Positions 25,391 through 37,169 of a DNA stretch of 64,000 bases are shown piece by piece. Below the pieces are notes generated by a model. That model was given only the letters and a program-made list of their open reading frames with translations, did not search any database and was not told the origin of the DNA. Source of the DNA: Mobula hypostoma. Lineage: Eukaryota. The translations under genes were made by a program, and so were the position numbers. The first letter of the stretch is position 1. Each line of letters opens with the position of its first letter. The stretch lies in NCBI RefSeq assembly GCF_963921235.1, contig NC_086108.1, forward strand, positions 56,732,001 to 56,796,000, in the 5' to 3' direction.

Positions 25391-26615
25391 AACTTTAAAA
25401 ACAGTTGAGTTTGCACATTTTGAGTCTTTAGCTCTTTGAGGCTTCAGCGAGGAGAGCCCTGAGTGAGAGATGGTAAAAAAAAAGCATCAGGTAGATTTTT
25501 TTCTCCCCCACAGTTTATTGTTTTTCCTCCTTTACAATTGCTCATTTATCAACACTGGAGATGCCAGGCAGCATAGTGGAATGCTCCTTTTGCAGGATGT
25601 GAGAAGGCAGGGAGACCTCCAGTGTCCTTGTCCTGCAAAAAGTGCATTCAGTTGGAGCTGGATCCTGATGCACTATGGATTATTTGGCAGGCTGAGGGGG
25701 TGATAGATAGGACATATAGAGAGGTAGTTACACCCAATGTGCAGAATGCAGGAAATTGGGTGAGAGTCAGGATGGGGAATGGGGTTAAATAGCAAGAGCA
25801 GGGTACCCCTGTGGCCATCCACTCAACAACAGGTTTGGAAACTGTTGGAGGGCCAACTGTTCGTCCTACTAAAATAATCCCTTGTGCCTACACAATGTCC
25901 ATATCCCTCCATTTTCCTTATATTCATGTGACATTCAATAGGTTGAGATGAGATCTCTCCTCCTTCTTCTGAATTCCAGTGAGTGCAGGCCCAGAGCCAT
26001 CAAACACTCCTCATGTGATCAGCCTTTCAATCCCAGAACACGCTGAATTTAATTAAAATAAATGTGCCTTGGCAGTGCTTTACCCTTAAGGACTGGATAA
26101 CAATGAGCCTCCTATGAATCATTTCCAGAGCTCCATCTGCCAAGATGCTCAAAACCTCTCAAGGATAGGTTCCAATCACAACATGCTACAGTCACAAACA
26201 TCTCCTTGTAGATTCCAGAGCGCAAATAGCAGAAAAATAGGGGAATGCTTTTAACCAATTTGAGTTCAATTTAACATACATCTTGGACATTGGAAATGAT
26301 GCACTGTATTGCAAAGTGTGCATCAACTGATCCAGTTCAAAGCAATTTTGCTATGCGTAGGCTTGTCCAAGGATTAACAGCCAGTGCCAGTCATTTTGTT
26401 GAAATCATCTTCATTTTGCCTAAACTTCAGAAGTGAAAGTGAAATCATTGAATTTATGTTAATTGAAGTGAAAAATATAGCTAATTACTTAATAATAAGA
26501 ACTAACTCAGATAACTGCTGTGGCAAAGGGTTTGTAATCTTATTCATCAATTCTTTGAAAGACCATTGACACCTTGTTTGAATTTCATACAGTTTTGCAT
26601 TTATTTCCATTGTAG

Positions 26616-27236
26616 AAGAAAGATGAATATCCCTTTCCACGCTCTCCAATGCATCGGATGTACAATGATCCACCAATAACAGAGGTGCAGGAAGCTTTGC
26701 TACCAAAAAGCAACAGAAACTCAATCCAGAACTTTAATGAAAATTTGAATCACGAAATAGACCAAGGAGATTTTAAGATTCATATATTGGACACTCCAGA
26801 AGTCCAAAATTCTGATGAGTGTCAAATAATTGAGGAAGTTGAAATTGGCTACAAGCCTCAAAGCTCTGTGTGTCAGGTGCCAACTTTATCACATAATGAA
26901 GACCAATCCATTCGAAAGGATGAGATTGCTCAAGATGAGGAGTACAAAGGCTTCAACATTCCAGTGTTTCACGGAGTAGCAGATATTTCCACCATTGTGG
27001 ATACAAGCATTGATTTGAGCTCAGGCCATAGAGGGGCACCAGAACCTTTAAAGTACTTGCTTAGGAGAGAAGAGACTCACTTCCCACTTATTGAACATCA
27101 TGGAATGTATGCGACTGAGAGCTTACCTCAAGAACAAACTCTGCTTCCAGATGAACTCGTCGATTGTCTACTACACCTGGAAGAAAACTCCACTGGTTTC
27201 AAATCTTACTTTCCCCAGATTGTGGCTATTCAATGA
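26616..27236 (+). CDS. IL23R: IL-23 receptor, last coding exon (cytoplasmic tail, 206 aa plus stop)
   Basis: Phase-0 acceptor tgtag|AAG is in frame with ORF 26649-27236. Motifs YNDPPITEV, GYKPQ, EQTLLPDELVDCL and SYFPQ match human IL23R YVDPMITEI, GYKPQ, EQTLLPDEFVSCL and TYFPQ. Confidence 0.95.
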   Translation, partial: KKDEYPFPRSPMHRMYNDPPITEVQEALLPKSNRNSIQNFNENLNHEIDQGDFKIHILDTPEVQNSDECQIIEEVEIGYKPQSSVCQVPTLSHNEDQSIRKDEIAQDEEYKGFNIPVFHGVADISTIVDTSIDLSSGHRGAPEPLKYLLRREETHFPLIEHHGMYATESLPQEQTLLPDELVDCLLHLEENSTGFKSYFPQIVAIQ

Positions 27237-27850
27237 CACTGCTTAAGTAGATGCCAAATTCTGTGTTTTACCTCGAGACTCTAAAAGTTGGATTTTCTTT
27301 TAAATTGGTAAAAAAAAGTCTATGAGCCATTTAATTTAGATTGTACATAGAAGATATGGGTTGGAGTATAACAGTCTGAAGTCTTCAAAAAAGTAAGAAA
27401 AGCAAATAATTTATCTTTTGTTCTTCACTGAATAAGTGTGGAATAAAAAACAATACAGACAAAATGCTGGAGAAACTCAGCAGGTCAGGCAGCATCTGTG
27501 AAAGTAAATAAACTCTCGGCGTTTCAGACCGAGACCCTTCTTCGGGACTGAAGTGTGGAATGAGCTGCTAGTAAACACAGTTAATTTTACATTAAGCACA
27601 CTGCCTTCCCCACCCCTCATCTCTGCATGGAAAATCTCTGAGAACAAACAGAACTAACAAATTCAAGGTTAAGGGCTGATATAAATGGTCAGAATTTCTA
27701 AGGGCATGATGCTTATTGTGATTCTTTGGTCCATGAGTATGCTAAATGTGCCCTGTTAAAATGGCATTGGATGCAGGTTTAGATTAGTATCCCTTGAATT
27801 TAATATTAATATAACCTCTTGATCAAATAAAGCAATGGGAATAGAGGTTG
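27237..27850 (+). other. IL23R: Probable IL23R 3' UTR with candidate poly(A) signals
   Basis: Follows the stop codon. ATTTA motifs at 27329-27338 and 27409-27413; AATAAA at 27442, 27507 and 27826. The true transcript end is unknown. Confidence 0.5.
27445..27550 (-). mobile_element. Penelope pLTR mini-insertion in the IL23R 3' region
   Basis: pLTR block flanked by a perfect 11-bp TSD aagtgtggaat (27434-27444 and 27551-27561). Confidence 0.8.
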
Positions 27851-28214
27851 ATTTGAATATTATGATATACTGTAATTACTCGGTTTTCTTCCACTGTATC
27901 TGAAAAATACTGATTTCTCAAATCAACACTTTTTTCAATTCCATGTGTCCACAAATATGCGTTCAATATGCTATCCTGGAAATACTGGTTTTGTGCTAAG
28001 TAGCCACACAGTTGTGATATTGAACTAGTAACCCAGAGCACCAGTTAATGACATATTGTGGTATTAAAATCACTTGGGAATTTGTGTGTTAATACTAGAA
28101 CATAACTGTACTAAAAGCTGCTGTATTAAAGTAAAAAATTCAGAAATTAATTAATCACTTTCAGGAAGTGTTTCAGGAGGAACTCTGTATACACATTTTC
28201 CTCAGGCAATATAG

Positions 28215-31200
28215 ACAGGGCTCTATTAGGGAGAACGCAAAGCTCAACCTGTTCTGGGGTAATTGGGGGTGACAAGTGACTGAAGTGATGGGGGAAGATG
28301 AGGAGAGCATTTTAGGAACATTGACCATAGATCTGTTAGTTATAAAATAGTTATGTTAATGGATAGAACTGGTCTTAGACAGGAACTTCCAAAGGTTGAT
28401 TGGAATAGACTGTTCACAGGCAAAGGAACCTCTAGCAAGTGGGAGGATTTTAGAAGTGAGATAACAAGAGTTCAGGTCCACTTGTTAGAATGGAGGACTA
28501 GAGACCCTAGATGACAAGAAATAGTGAGCCTGCGCCAGGATAAAGAAGAAGGCATGGGTCAGGTACAATCATCTGGGATCAAAGGAACCCCTGGAAGAGT
28601 ATAGGCATCTAGAATCACCTCTATGTTCAAGAATGAGTATTCCTGATCCAGAAATATACTCAAGGATGAGTGTAAGAAGGGCATAAGATAGCTTTGGCAG
28701 AGAAGATTAAAGAGAATCCAAAGAGATGTTATCAGTATACTGAGGGAAAAAAAGAGTAAATAGGGAGAGTAAGGCCCTACAAAGCCTGAGCTGGACATCT
28801 ATGTGTGGAGCCACAAATGGGCAAGGTTCTCAATTAATATTTCTCCTCTGTTTTTACCCTAGAGAAACACATAAAGGCTTCAGAACTAGGGAAAGTAAAT
28901 AGTGATGTGTTGGGGAAGTGTTGAACGTATTAAAATGTGTGAAGGTAGACTCTCTGGGGTCTGCCCATGTCTATCCAAAAACATTGTGGGAGGCTAGCGA
29001 ACTTGGAGGAGTCCTAGCCAAGATATTTGCATCACCATTACCACTGAGGTGCTGATAGACTGGAGGACAGCAAATGTATGTTTATTTAAGGACTGCAAAG
29101 AAAAAACATGGGAGCAATAGACCTGTAAGCCTAACATCTGTGACAGGTAAGTTACTGGAGAGGATTGTGAGGGATAACATATAGCAACATACATATGGAA
29201 AGACAGGGTTTAGAACACAGAACAGTACAACAGAGAAACAGGAACTACAGCTCACAATGTTGTGCCAAACCCTGTTTTAGTAATTAAATTTAGTAATTAA
29301 ATTAGTAATCAACCGGTCAGCTAGAGTAATCCCGTTTGCATTCACAATATCCTTCCATTTCCTTCACATTCCTGTGCCTATCTAAATGTCTCCTAAGTGC
29401 CCTTAATGTATCTACCTCTATCACAATCCCAGGCACCCACCTCTGTCTGTGTACAAAAAGACTTGCCCCTCACATCTCCTTCGAAATTACCCACTTCGCT
29501 TTAAATGCATGCCCTCTGGTTTAGACGTCTCAACCCTGCGAAAAATATACTGCAAACGACAGGAATTCTGCAGATGCTGGAAATTCAAGCAACACACATA
29601 GAAGTTGCTGGTGAACGCAGCAAGCCAGGCAGCATCTCTAGGAAGAGGTGCAGTCGACGTTTCAGGCTAAGACCCTTCGTCAGGTCTCAGCCTGAAACGT
29701 CGACTGCACCTCTTCCTAGAGATGCTGCCTGGCCTGCTGCGTTCACCAGCAACTTTTATGTGTGTTGCTTGAAAAATATACTGGCTGTCTACCCTATCTA
29801 TGCCTCTCATAACCTTATAAACCTTTTTCAGATCTCCCCTCAACCCCTGCAGAGAAAGCAACCCAAGTTTAGATCATAAGCCCATAAGATATTGGAGCAG
29901 AATTAGGCCATTTGGCAAATAGAGTCTGCACCACCATTCCATCACAGCCAATTTATTACCCCATTCTTCTGCCTCCTCTCTGTAATCTTTAACACCCTGA
30001 CAAATCAAGAACCTATCAACCTCCACTTTCAGTACACTCAGTGACTTGCCCTCCACACTATCTGCGACAATGAATTCCACAGAGTTACTACCTTCTGGCT
30101 AATGAAATTCCTCCTCATTTATGTTCTAAGTGGATGTCCCTCTATTCAGACCATTAAGGCCTTAGGCTGATCTAGAAGTTTGGATCGCATGGAATCCAGG
30201 GAGAGCCGACTAACTGGATACTCAATTGGTTTGATGTTAGGATAATGGTGGAAGTTTGTTTCTTTGACTGAAGGCCCATGACAAGTGGTGTGTCTCAGAG
30301 GTCAGTACTTGGCCCATTGTTGTTTCTCAACTATATCAACAATCTTTTTAAGAAGGCACAGGACATGGTTAGTAAGGGTGCAGGTAACACTAAAATAGGT
30401 GGTATAGTGGACAAAAAATAAGGTTATTAAAAATTACAGCAGGATCTTGATTAGTTAGGTAAGTAGGCCGAGGAACAGCAAATGGATTTTAATTCAGATA
30501 AATGCGAGGTAATGCATTCGTCAAACCAATATAGGACTTTCACAGTAAGTGGTAGGGCCCAAGGGTGTGTTGTAGAACAGAGGGATGTTGGAGTTCAGCT
30601 ACATGATTCCCTAAAAGTGGTGTTGCAAGTAGATGGGGTGGTGAAGAAGGCTTTTGGCATGCTGGCTTTTATCAGCTAAAGCACTATAGAAGTTTGGAGC
30701 TCATGTGATGATTGTATCTCGCTGGTGAGGCTGCATTTGGAGTATTGTGTAGAGATTTTGTTGCTGTGCTAAAGGAAAGATGTTATTAAACTGGAAGATG
30801 TGCAGAAAAAGTTTGCAAAGATATTGCCAGGACTTGAGGAACTGAGTTATAAGGATAATTTGAACAGGTGAGGACATTTTACATGGAGCATAACAGCCTG
30901 AGGTGTCCCTTGAGAGAAGTGTATCAAATGATGAGGAGGTGACTGCACTCAGTCCCTTTCCCATGGTTGGGGAATCAAGAACCAGAGAGCCTATAGGTTT
31001 AATGTGAGAGGGAAAAGATTTAATAAGAACCTGAGGGGAACCATATTTTTACACAGAGAATGGTACATATATGGAATGAGCTGCCAGAAGGTGTTTGAGG
31101 CAGATATGATAATCACTTTTAAATGATGGTGCATTGAAAGGAAAGGTTCCGAGGGATTTGGGCCAAACGTGAGCAAATGGGACTAGCTTGAATAGGTGTC

Positions 31201-31250
31201 TTATGGCATGGTTTGTTGAGCTAAAGAATCTGTTTCCATTCTGTATGTCT
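28215..31250. mobile_element. Cluster of nested CR1 fragments on both strands
   Basis: + strand EN/RT remnants at about 28.2-29.2 kb and 30.2-31.25 kb; - strand 3' ends at about 29.2-30.15 kb. Confidence 0.75.
29553..29770. mobile_element. Penelope pLTR-derived hairpin mini-element inside a CR1
   Basis: Same family as 25161, in the opposite orientation, with about 85-90 bp inverted arms. Perfect 13-bp TSD gaaaaatatactg (29540-29552 and 29771-29783). Confidence 0.85.
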
Positions 31251-31559
31251 CTCTGAAAAAAGCTATCATAAGTTTACAAATTATGTGGTTAACTTTCAAT
31301 ACCTTGAGGCAAGGAAGAATGGGAATGACTGTGTCACCCATGTCCCAAAAGCAAATTGGAAGTTACTGAGTTGAAAAAGTACTGTGATTTTAATAACTTC
31401 TCTGTTCACCTAATAAGTAATTTCATTGTTGTTACCACACAATGTAGCCTCAACTGACGGAGAGAATTCTATAATTTTTGCAATTCAAAATTAGATGAAT
31501 AAGTCCTGGAAAACTCAATAGGTAAGGCAGTAGCTGAGAAGGGAGTCACTGACATATGC

Positions 31560-32270
31560 GTGAAATCTGTTTTCTTTTGTGGCAGCAGTCCAAGGCAAGA
31601 CATAAAAATGACTATAAGTTATAAATAAATAACTAGTGTGAAAGAGGAATAGTATGCTGTTCGTGGACTGTTCAGAATTGTAATTGTGAAGGCAATGTAG
31701 CTGGTGAGTGTATCCTCAAGCTCCTGTACCTCCTCCTTGATTGTAGTTATGAGACGAGGTTGTGACCTGGATGGTAATGTTCCTTAATGAACCTCCTCGA
31801 GTAGTATCTTGAAGGTGTCCTCAAAGGTAGAGAGGGTGGTGCCCAAGTTGGAACTGGTCGTGGCTATGACCTTCTCTGGCCTCTCTTCTGCTGCACATTG
31901 GAGCTTCTAATGATACAACCAACCAGAATGCCCTCCATCATAAATCCACCAAAATTCACAAGAATCATTGGTCACATATCATATTTTCTTAAACTCCTAA
32001 TGCAGTACAATCGCTGGCATGCCTTCTACAAGATCGCTTCAATCAGTTGGGCCCAGAATAGATCTTCTGAGCTGCTGACAACAAGGAACGTGAAGCTGCT
32101 CACCCTTTCCACCCCTGACCCTTTAATGAGTATTGGTGTATGTTTTCCTGACTTCCCTTTCCTGAAGTCTTGCTGACATTGAGTATGAAGTTGTTGTGAC
32201 ACCACTTAACCAACCAATCTATCTCATGCCTGTATGTCACCATCTGAGCTTCTGCCAGCAACAGTGGTTT
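31560..32270 (-). mobile_element. Rex-Babar-type LINE 3' fragment
   Basis: YRHEIDWLVKWCHNNFILNVSKT on the minus strand. Confidence 0.7.
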
Positions 32271-34530
32271 CACGCTTTTCCTCAGAGCAGGAAACAAAAT
32301 AAAACATTTTAAAATATTGGAAGTTTGGAGAGAGATGGGTTAAAAAAGAAACATTCGTGATAATATAGAATGAAGGAGAGATGGAGTGACAGAAGATTTG
32401 GTCACAAGACAAGTAAAGAATCAAAAGATGGGTCAAGAAGAGATTCAAAAACTTCATCTGAACTTTCTGAATTTAGTGTATAGTGCCACAGGGGTGGACT
32501 GAGCTAAACTCTGTCCATAAACAGCTGAAAAATTATTTGACAAAGGGATAAACTATGTTCCTCAACTTAACTGTCAAACCTGTCCATGATATTCAAAATC
32601 AATTAAGCAAGTAAGAATGTGAATTTTAAAAAGACATTTAATTAACTAAATTTACATGCCTCATTGACTAAGTAATTATATATTTACCTGGGTCTCCCGC
32701 TGCCCTGTGGTGGTGCCAGATCCATGCAGGTAAGGGGTTCACTGGACAGGTTCCCCCTCAGAAAGCTGATTACATTAATTCTTTTTAGCAAAATTTTGAA
32801 TCCATTACTGGCTGAGGCAAATATCACATATTTTAAAGGGATCAAACCAGTTTGACCACCTAAGCTACTTCTGATTGCCTAAGTATCAAAAAGAAACTTC
32901 CAGATTTTTCCTCCAAATTGACCGTAAAACAAAGGAGCAGGATTAGGCCACTTGGCCATTGATTCTGCTCTGCCGTTCAATTATGGCTGATTTATTTTCC
33001 CTCTCACCTCATTCTCCTGCCTTCTCCCCATAACCTTTGGTGCCTTTACTAATAAAGAACCCATCAACCTCCACAATAAATTGGCCTGAGTTATAACTTT
33101 AATTTTTGCCTCATCCAAAAGAACACGGGGCAGTGTATATCATGATATCAACGGCTTCATTATAGCAGGCTGGATGCACCAGAAAACCCCTCCCTGACTG
33201 TCATGATATCTTCATGTGTTTGTCACAATATTTTTCCCAATAGCTTTATGGTTTTGGGATTGTTATTGCAGGGGTTTAATCATTAACAGGCTTTTTGATA
33301 TTTGGTAAATAAACTTTGATGTAACTGCTCCATCTTTTACAAACACAACATTCATTGGCCTCTGTATAGCCTGACCTGAAACTGGCCAAGATAAGATCAT
33401 CTGCATTTGGATCAGCAAATCTCTGACAAAGGAATTGCTCCTTGAGATAGGTTTGGACCCAAAACATGGACCAGGGAGACTGTACCCGCCCTGGAAATTT
33501 GTGATGCTTACAATCATTGGCGTTAGAACCTAGAAACACAGTTGTTTAAATACAACAACCGGATTGCACTTTCTGTAAATATTCTGAATTCAACACTTTG
33601 AAACTGATGGCTTTTTATGCTTTTGCATATCTATCACCTGCTATCTTCCAATTCTGTTCTGCTGGTTTGGATATTACTCTGCAGAGACCTGGGGAAATGA
33701 AATGGAAGCTACAGTGAAGTCATTCCATCATCTTAACTTCTTATATCATTCTTGGATCTGCTCCAACAACTAGAGGGCGGCACCTACACTTCACTCTTAG
33801 ACTTCTTGAGGTAAGCAAAAGACAGAAAAAGAATCCCCCTGGTCAATCAACTTGGTCACGTTGTAAATTCTTCATTCCCTGATTCACTAAGTTTTCATCT
33901 CTTTCCTCGTGATGAAGTGCAGGTTAGCAGGAAGATGCTAGGTGAGATATATAGGTACTGATGCAAAGCATGGAATCTTATCAAGGTTAGCTGCAGTGTG
34001 GGAAACTGATCTTAATTACTTATTTGGTTGTGGAGGGGAGGAGGGGCAGTTTTACAGGACCTGGTGACATTGGAAGGAATCCAGTGGTTAGCCAGAATTA
34101 GTGAATGGAGGAGCAGAATCTGAAAATGCTTGGATTCCATGCCACTGGAAAGAACTCCAGTAAATTTTCAATAGGCTCTTAGCGGAATTGGAGAGAACGA
34201 GCACAGAGTGTGACTGTACTTGATCACAGGTTTCAAGGGAGATATTTCAAGTTCTAAAACACCTTAAGCATCATGACAACGAATTAACAATATTGGTCAC
34301 ATCTGATGACTGTACCTTTCAATAGACATAAGTTTTAAAGTTGTGAATATAAGAATGTTCCAACTTCCTTATATTTTGCAAGAAAAGTCCCCTTAGCATT
34401 TACCCCAATTTCCATTGATTTCAAGTCCACTTGATTCTGACAGCTCTGTATTGGAGAGGCTGCGGACTCAAAACAAATCCCAGCTATAAAAATCACTGAT
34501 ACCAAAATCCAGGGCTAAAATTTCCATTTA

Positions 34531-36316
34531 CACTCATTGACCACTTTATTAGGTACACCTGTATTCTTGCTTGCTAATGCAGATATCTAATTAGCCAATC
34601 ATATGGCAGCAACTCAATACAGAAATTGAGCAACTCAATACAGCATTTGACAAGGTTCCACACGGTAGGCTTATTCAGAAAGTTAGAAGGCATGGGATCC
34701 AGGGAAGTTTGGCCAGGTGGATTCAGAATTGGCTTGCCTGCAGAAGGCAGAGGGTGGTGGTGGAGGGAGTACATTCAGATTGGAAGATTGTGACTAGTGG
34801 TGTCCCACAAGGATCTGTTCTGGGACCTCTACTTTTCGTGATTTTTATTAATGACCTGGATGTGGGGGTAGAAGGGTGGGTTGGCAAGTTTGCAGACGAC
34901 ACAAAGGTTGGTGGTGTTGTAGATAGTGTAGAGGATTTTCAAAGATTGCAGAGAGACATTGATAGGATGCAGAAGTGGGCTGAGAAGTGGCAGATGGAGT
35001 TCAACCCAGAGAAGTGTGAGGTGGTACACTTTGGAAGGACAAACTCCAAGGCAGAGTACAAAGTAAATGGCAGGATACTTGGTAGTGTGGAGGAGCAGAG
35101 GAATCTCGGGGTACATGTCCACAGATCCCTGAAAGTTGCCTCACAGGTGGATAGGGTAGTTAAGAAAGCTTATGGGGTGTTAGCTTTCATAAGTCGAGGG
35201 ATAGAGTTTAAGAGTCGCGATGTAATGATGCAGCTCTATAAAACTCTGGTTAAGCCACACTTGGAGTATTGTGTCCAGTTCTGGTCACCTCACTATAGGA
35301 AGGATGTGGAAGCATTGGAAAGGGTACAGAGTAGATTTATCAGGATGCTGCCTGGTTTAGAAAGTATGCATTATGATCAGAGATTAAGGGAGCTAGGGCT
35401 TTACTCTTTGGAGAGAAGGAGGATGAGAGGAGACATGATAGAAGTGTACAAGATAATAAGAGGAATAGATCGAGTGGATAGCCAGCACCTTTTCCCCAGG
35501 GCACCACTGCTCAATACAAGAGGACATGGCTTTAAGGTAAGGGGTGGGAAGTTCAAGGGAGATATTAGAGGAAGGTTTTTTACTCAGAGAGTGGTTGGTG
35601 CGTGGAATGCACTGCCTGAGTCAGTGGTGGAGGCAGATACACTAGTGAAGTTTAAGAGACTACTAGACAGGTATATGGAGGAATCTAAGGTGGGGGCTTA
35701 TATGGGAGGCAGGGTTTGAGGGTCGGCACAACATTGTGGGCCAAAGGGCCTGTACTGTGCTGTACTATTCTATGTTCTATGTTCTATGTTCTAAAAGCAA
35801 GTAGACATAGTCAAGTGGTTCAGTTGTTGTTCAGACCAAATATCAGAATGGAGAAGAAATGTGATCCAAGTGACTTTGACCGTGGAATGCTTGTTGGTGC
35901 CAGGCGGAGTGGTTTGAGTATCTCAGAAATGGCTGCTCTCCTGGGATTTTCACGCACAAAAATCTCTAAACGTTTACAGAGAATGGTGCATTCTCTAAAG
36001 TTTAACTATAAAGTAAAACTACTGTATGAAGTTTACAGAGAATGAAAACTTCCAGTGGGCAGCAGTTCTGTGGGTGAAAATGGCTTGTTAATGATTGAGG
36101 TCAAAGGAGAATGGTCAGACTGGTTCAGGCAGACGGGAAGACAACAGTAACTCAAATAACCAGGTGTTACAACAGTGGTGTGCAGAAGAGCATCCCTGAA
36201 TGTACAACACATTGAACCTTGAATTGGATGGACGACAACAGCAGAAGACTACGAATATGCACTTAGTGGCCTCTTTATTAGGTACAGGAGGTACAAAGTA
36301 AAATGACAACTGAGGG
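34531..36316 (+). mobile_element. Non-autonomous Tc1-like transposon interrupted by a CR1
   Basis: TA-flanked left TIR CACTCATTGACCACTTTATTAGGTAC and a degenerate right TIR ending ...CAACTGAGGG-TA. Tc1 HTH remnant MEKKCDPSDFDRGMLVGARRSGLSISEMAALLGFSRT at about 35848. Confidence 0.8.
34642..35791 (+). mobile_element. Young 5'-truncated CR1 LINE with uninterrupted RT C-terminal frame
   Basis: 336-aa ORF 34709-35719 with [14 protein letters not shown] and KFADDTK; (TATGTTC)n tail. Confidence 0.95.
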
Positions 36317-37011
36317 TATATTTCAATAATTCTGCATGTGGAGCAGACAGCCATTTGACATACTGGGGGCTCTTCAGAAATTATTTTCAATTAGAAATGT
36401 AAAATTACGTTGGAAATAATCTGTCCTTTAAACTTTCATTGGTCTTTTGGTCACTCCTCCTGATATTTTACTCTCTGATTTGTTGTACGTGTTTTCCAAC
36501 ATTTCTGTAAGGTGCTTTTTGATGTGAAACACTTTAAACGAGGAAAATTTGTTGGAGGTAATTTTCCTAGACATTTATAGAAAGAAGAGGACAAAATTCA
36601 CAGTGTACTTATTGCATCATTTCCACCATGATTTTGGAGCAGCTTAGAATATTGGCGACTGGAGCATCTGTCTGAACGTGAAGAAGATAGATTAAATATC
36701 CAAAATGGGATCCAATGGGAAGGCACTGGAGAACATTGTCAAGTGTATCATCAACTCAGCTATCCATGAAGTTACCAAGTACTGTACATTAGAACTCTGA
36801 TAATCTGGCATCTTTAGGACTGAGAGATTTTTTCAGTGAACCAGATGAGTTTAAAGAGAGTGCAGTGAGTTAAAGGAAGCATGGGAACAGCACCTGAATG
36901 AGCTGTGGGATCACGGAACAATTAAAGAACAGATTATTGGAGCTTTAATGAATGGACCTTAGTGAAACATTACTGCACAGGAATCATTATTAATCCCTTG
37001 GTTGTCCAGCA

Positions 37012-37169
37012 TGGTCATCTGCCCTCATCCTCCTTTACCTGCCTACAGCTTTTCTCGTGTTAACTATACCATCGTCCTCCAGCACCCCTCCTCCATCATC
37101 CACCTGTGTGGGGGCATGTTGGCCAAGTTCCATTTTTATCTTTCCAATTGAGTCAAGTAACTCACCTTC
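37012..37169. repeat. 158-bp segment duplicated in inverted orientation at 39989-40146
   Basis: Alignment by eye gives 8 substitutions in 158 bp. Confidence 0.9.

Noticed and set aside
24987..25439. ORFs on both strands encoding nearly the same peptide (LLVNAAGQAASVGRGAVD...)
   Set aside because: An artefact of the palindromic Penelope mini-element.
34709..35719. 336-aa intact RT ORF as a possible domesticated gene or retron-like system
   Set aside because: It is a 5'-truncated CR1 with its normal 3' tail and a near-identical sister copy, which indicates a recent insertion.
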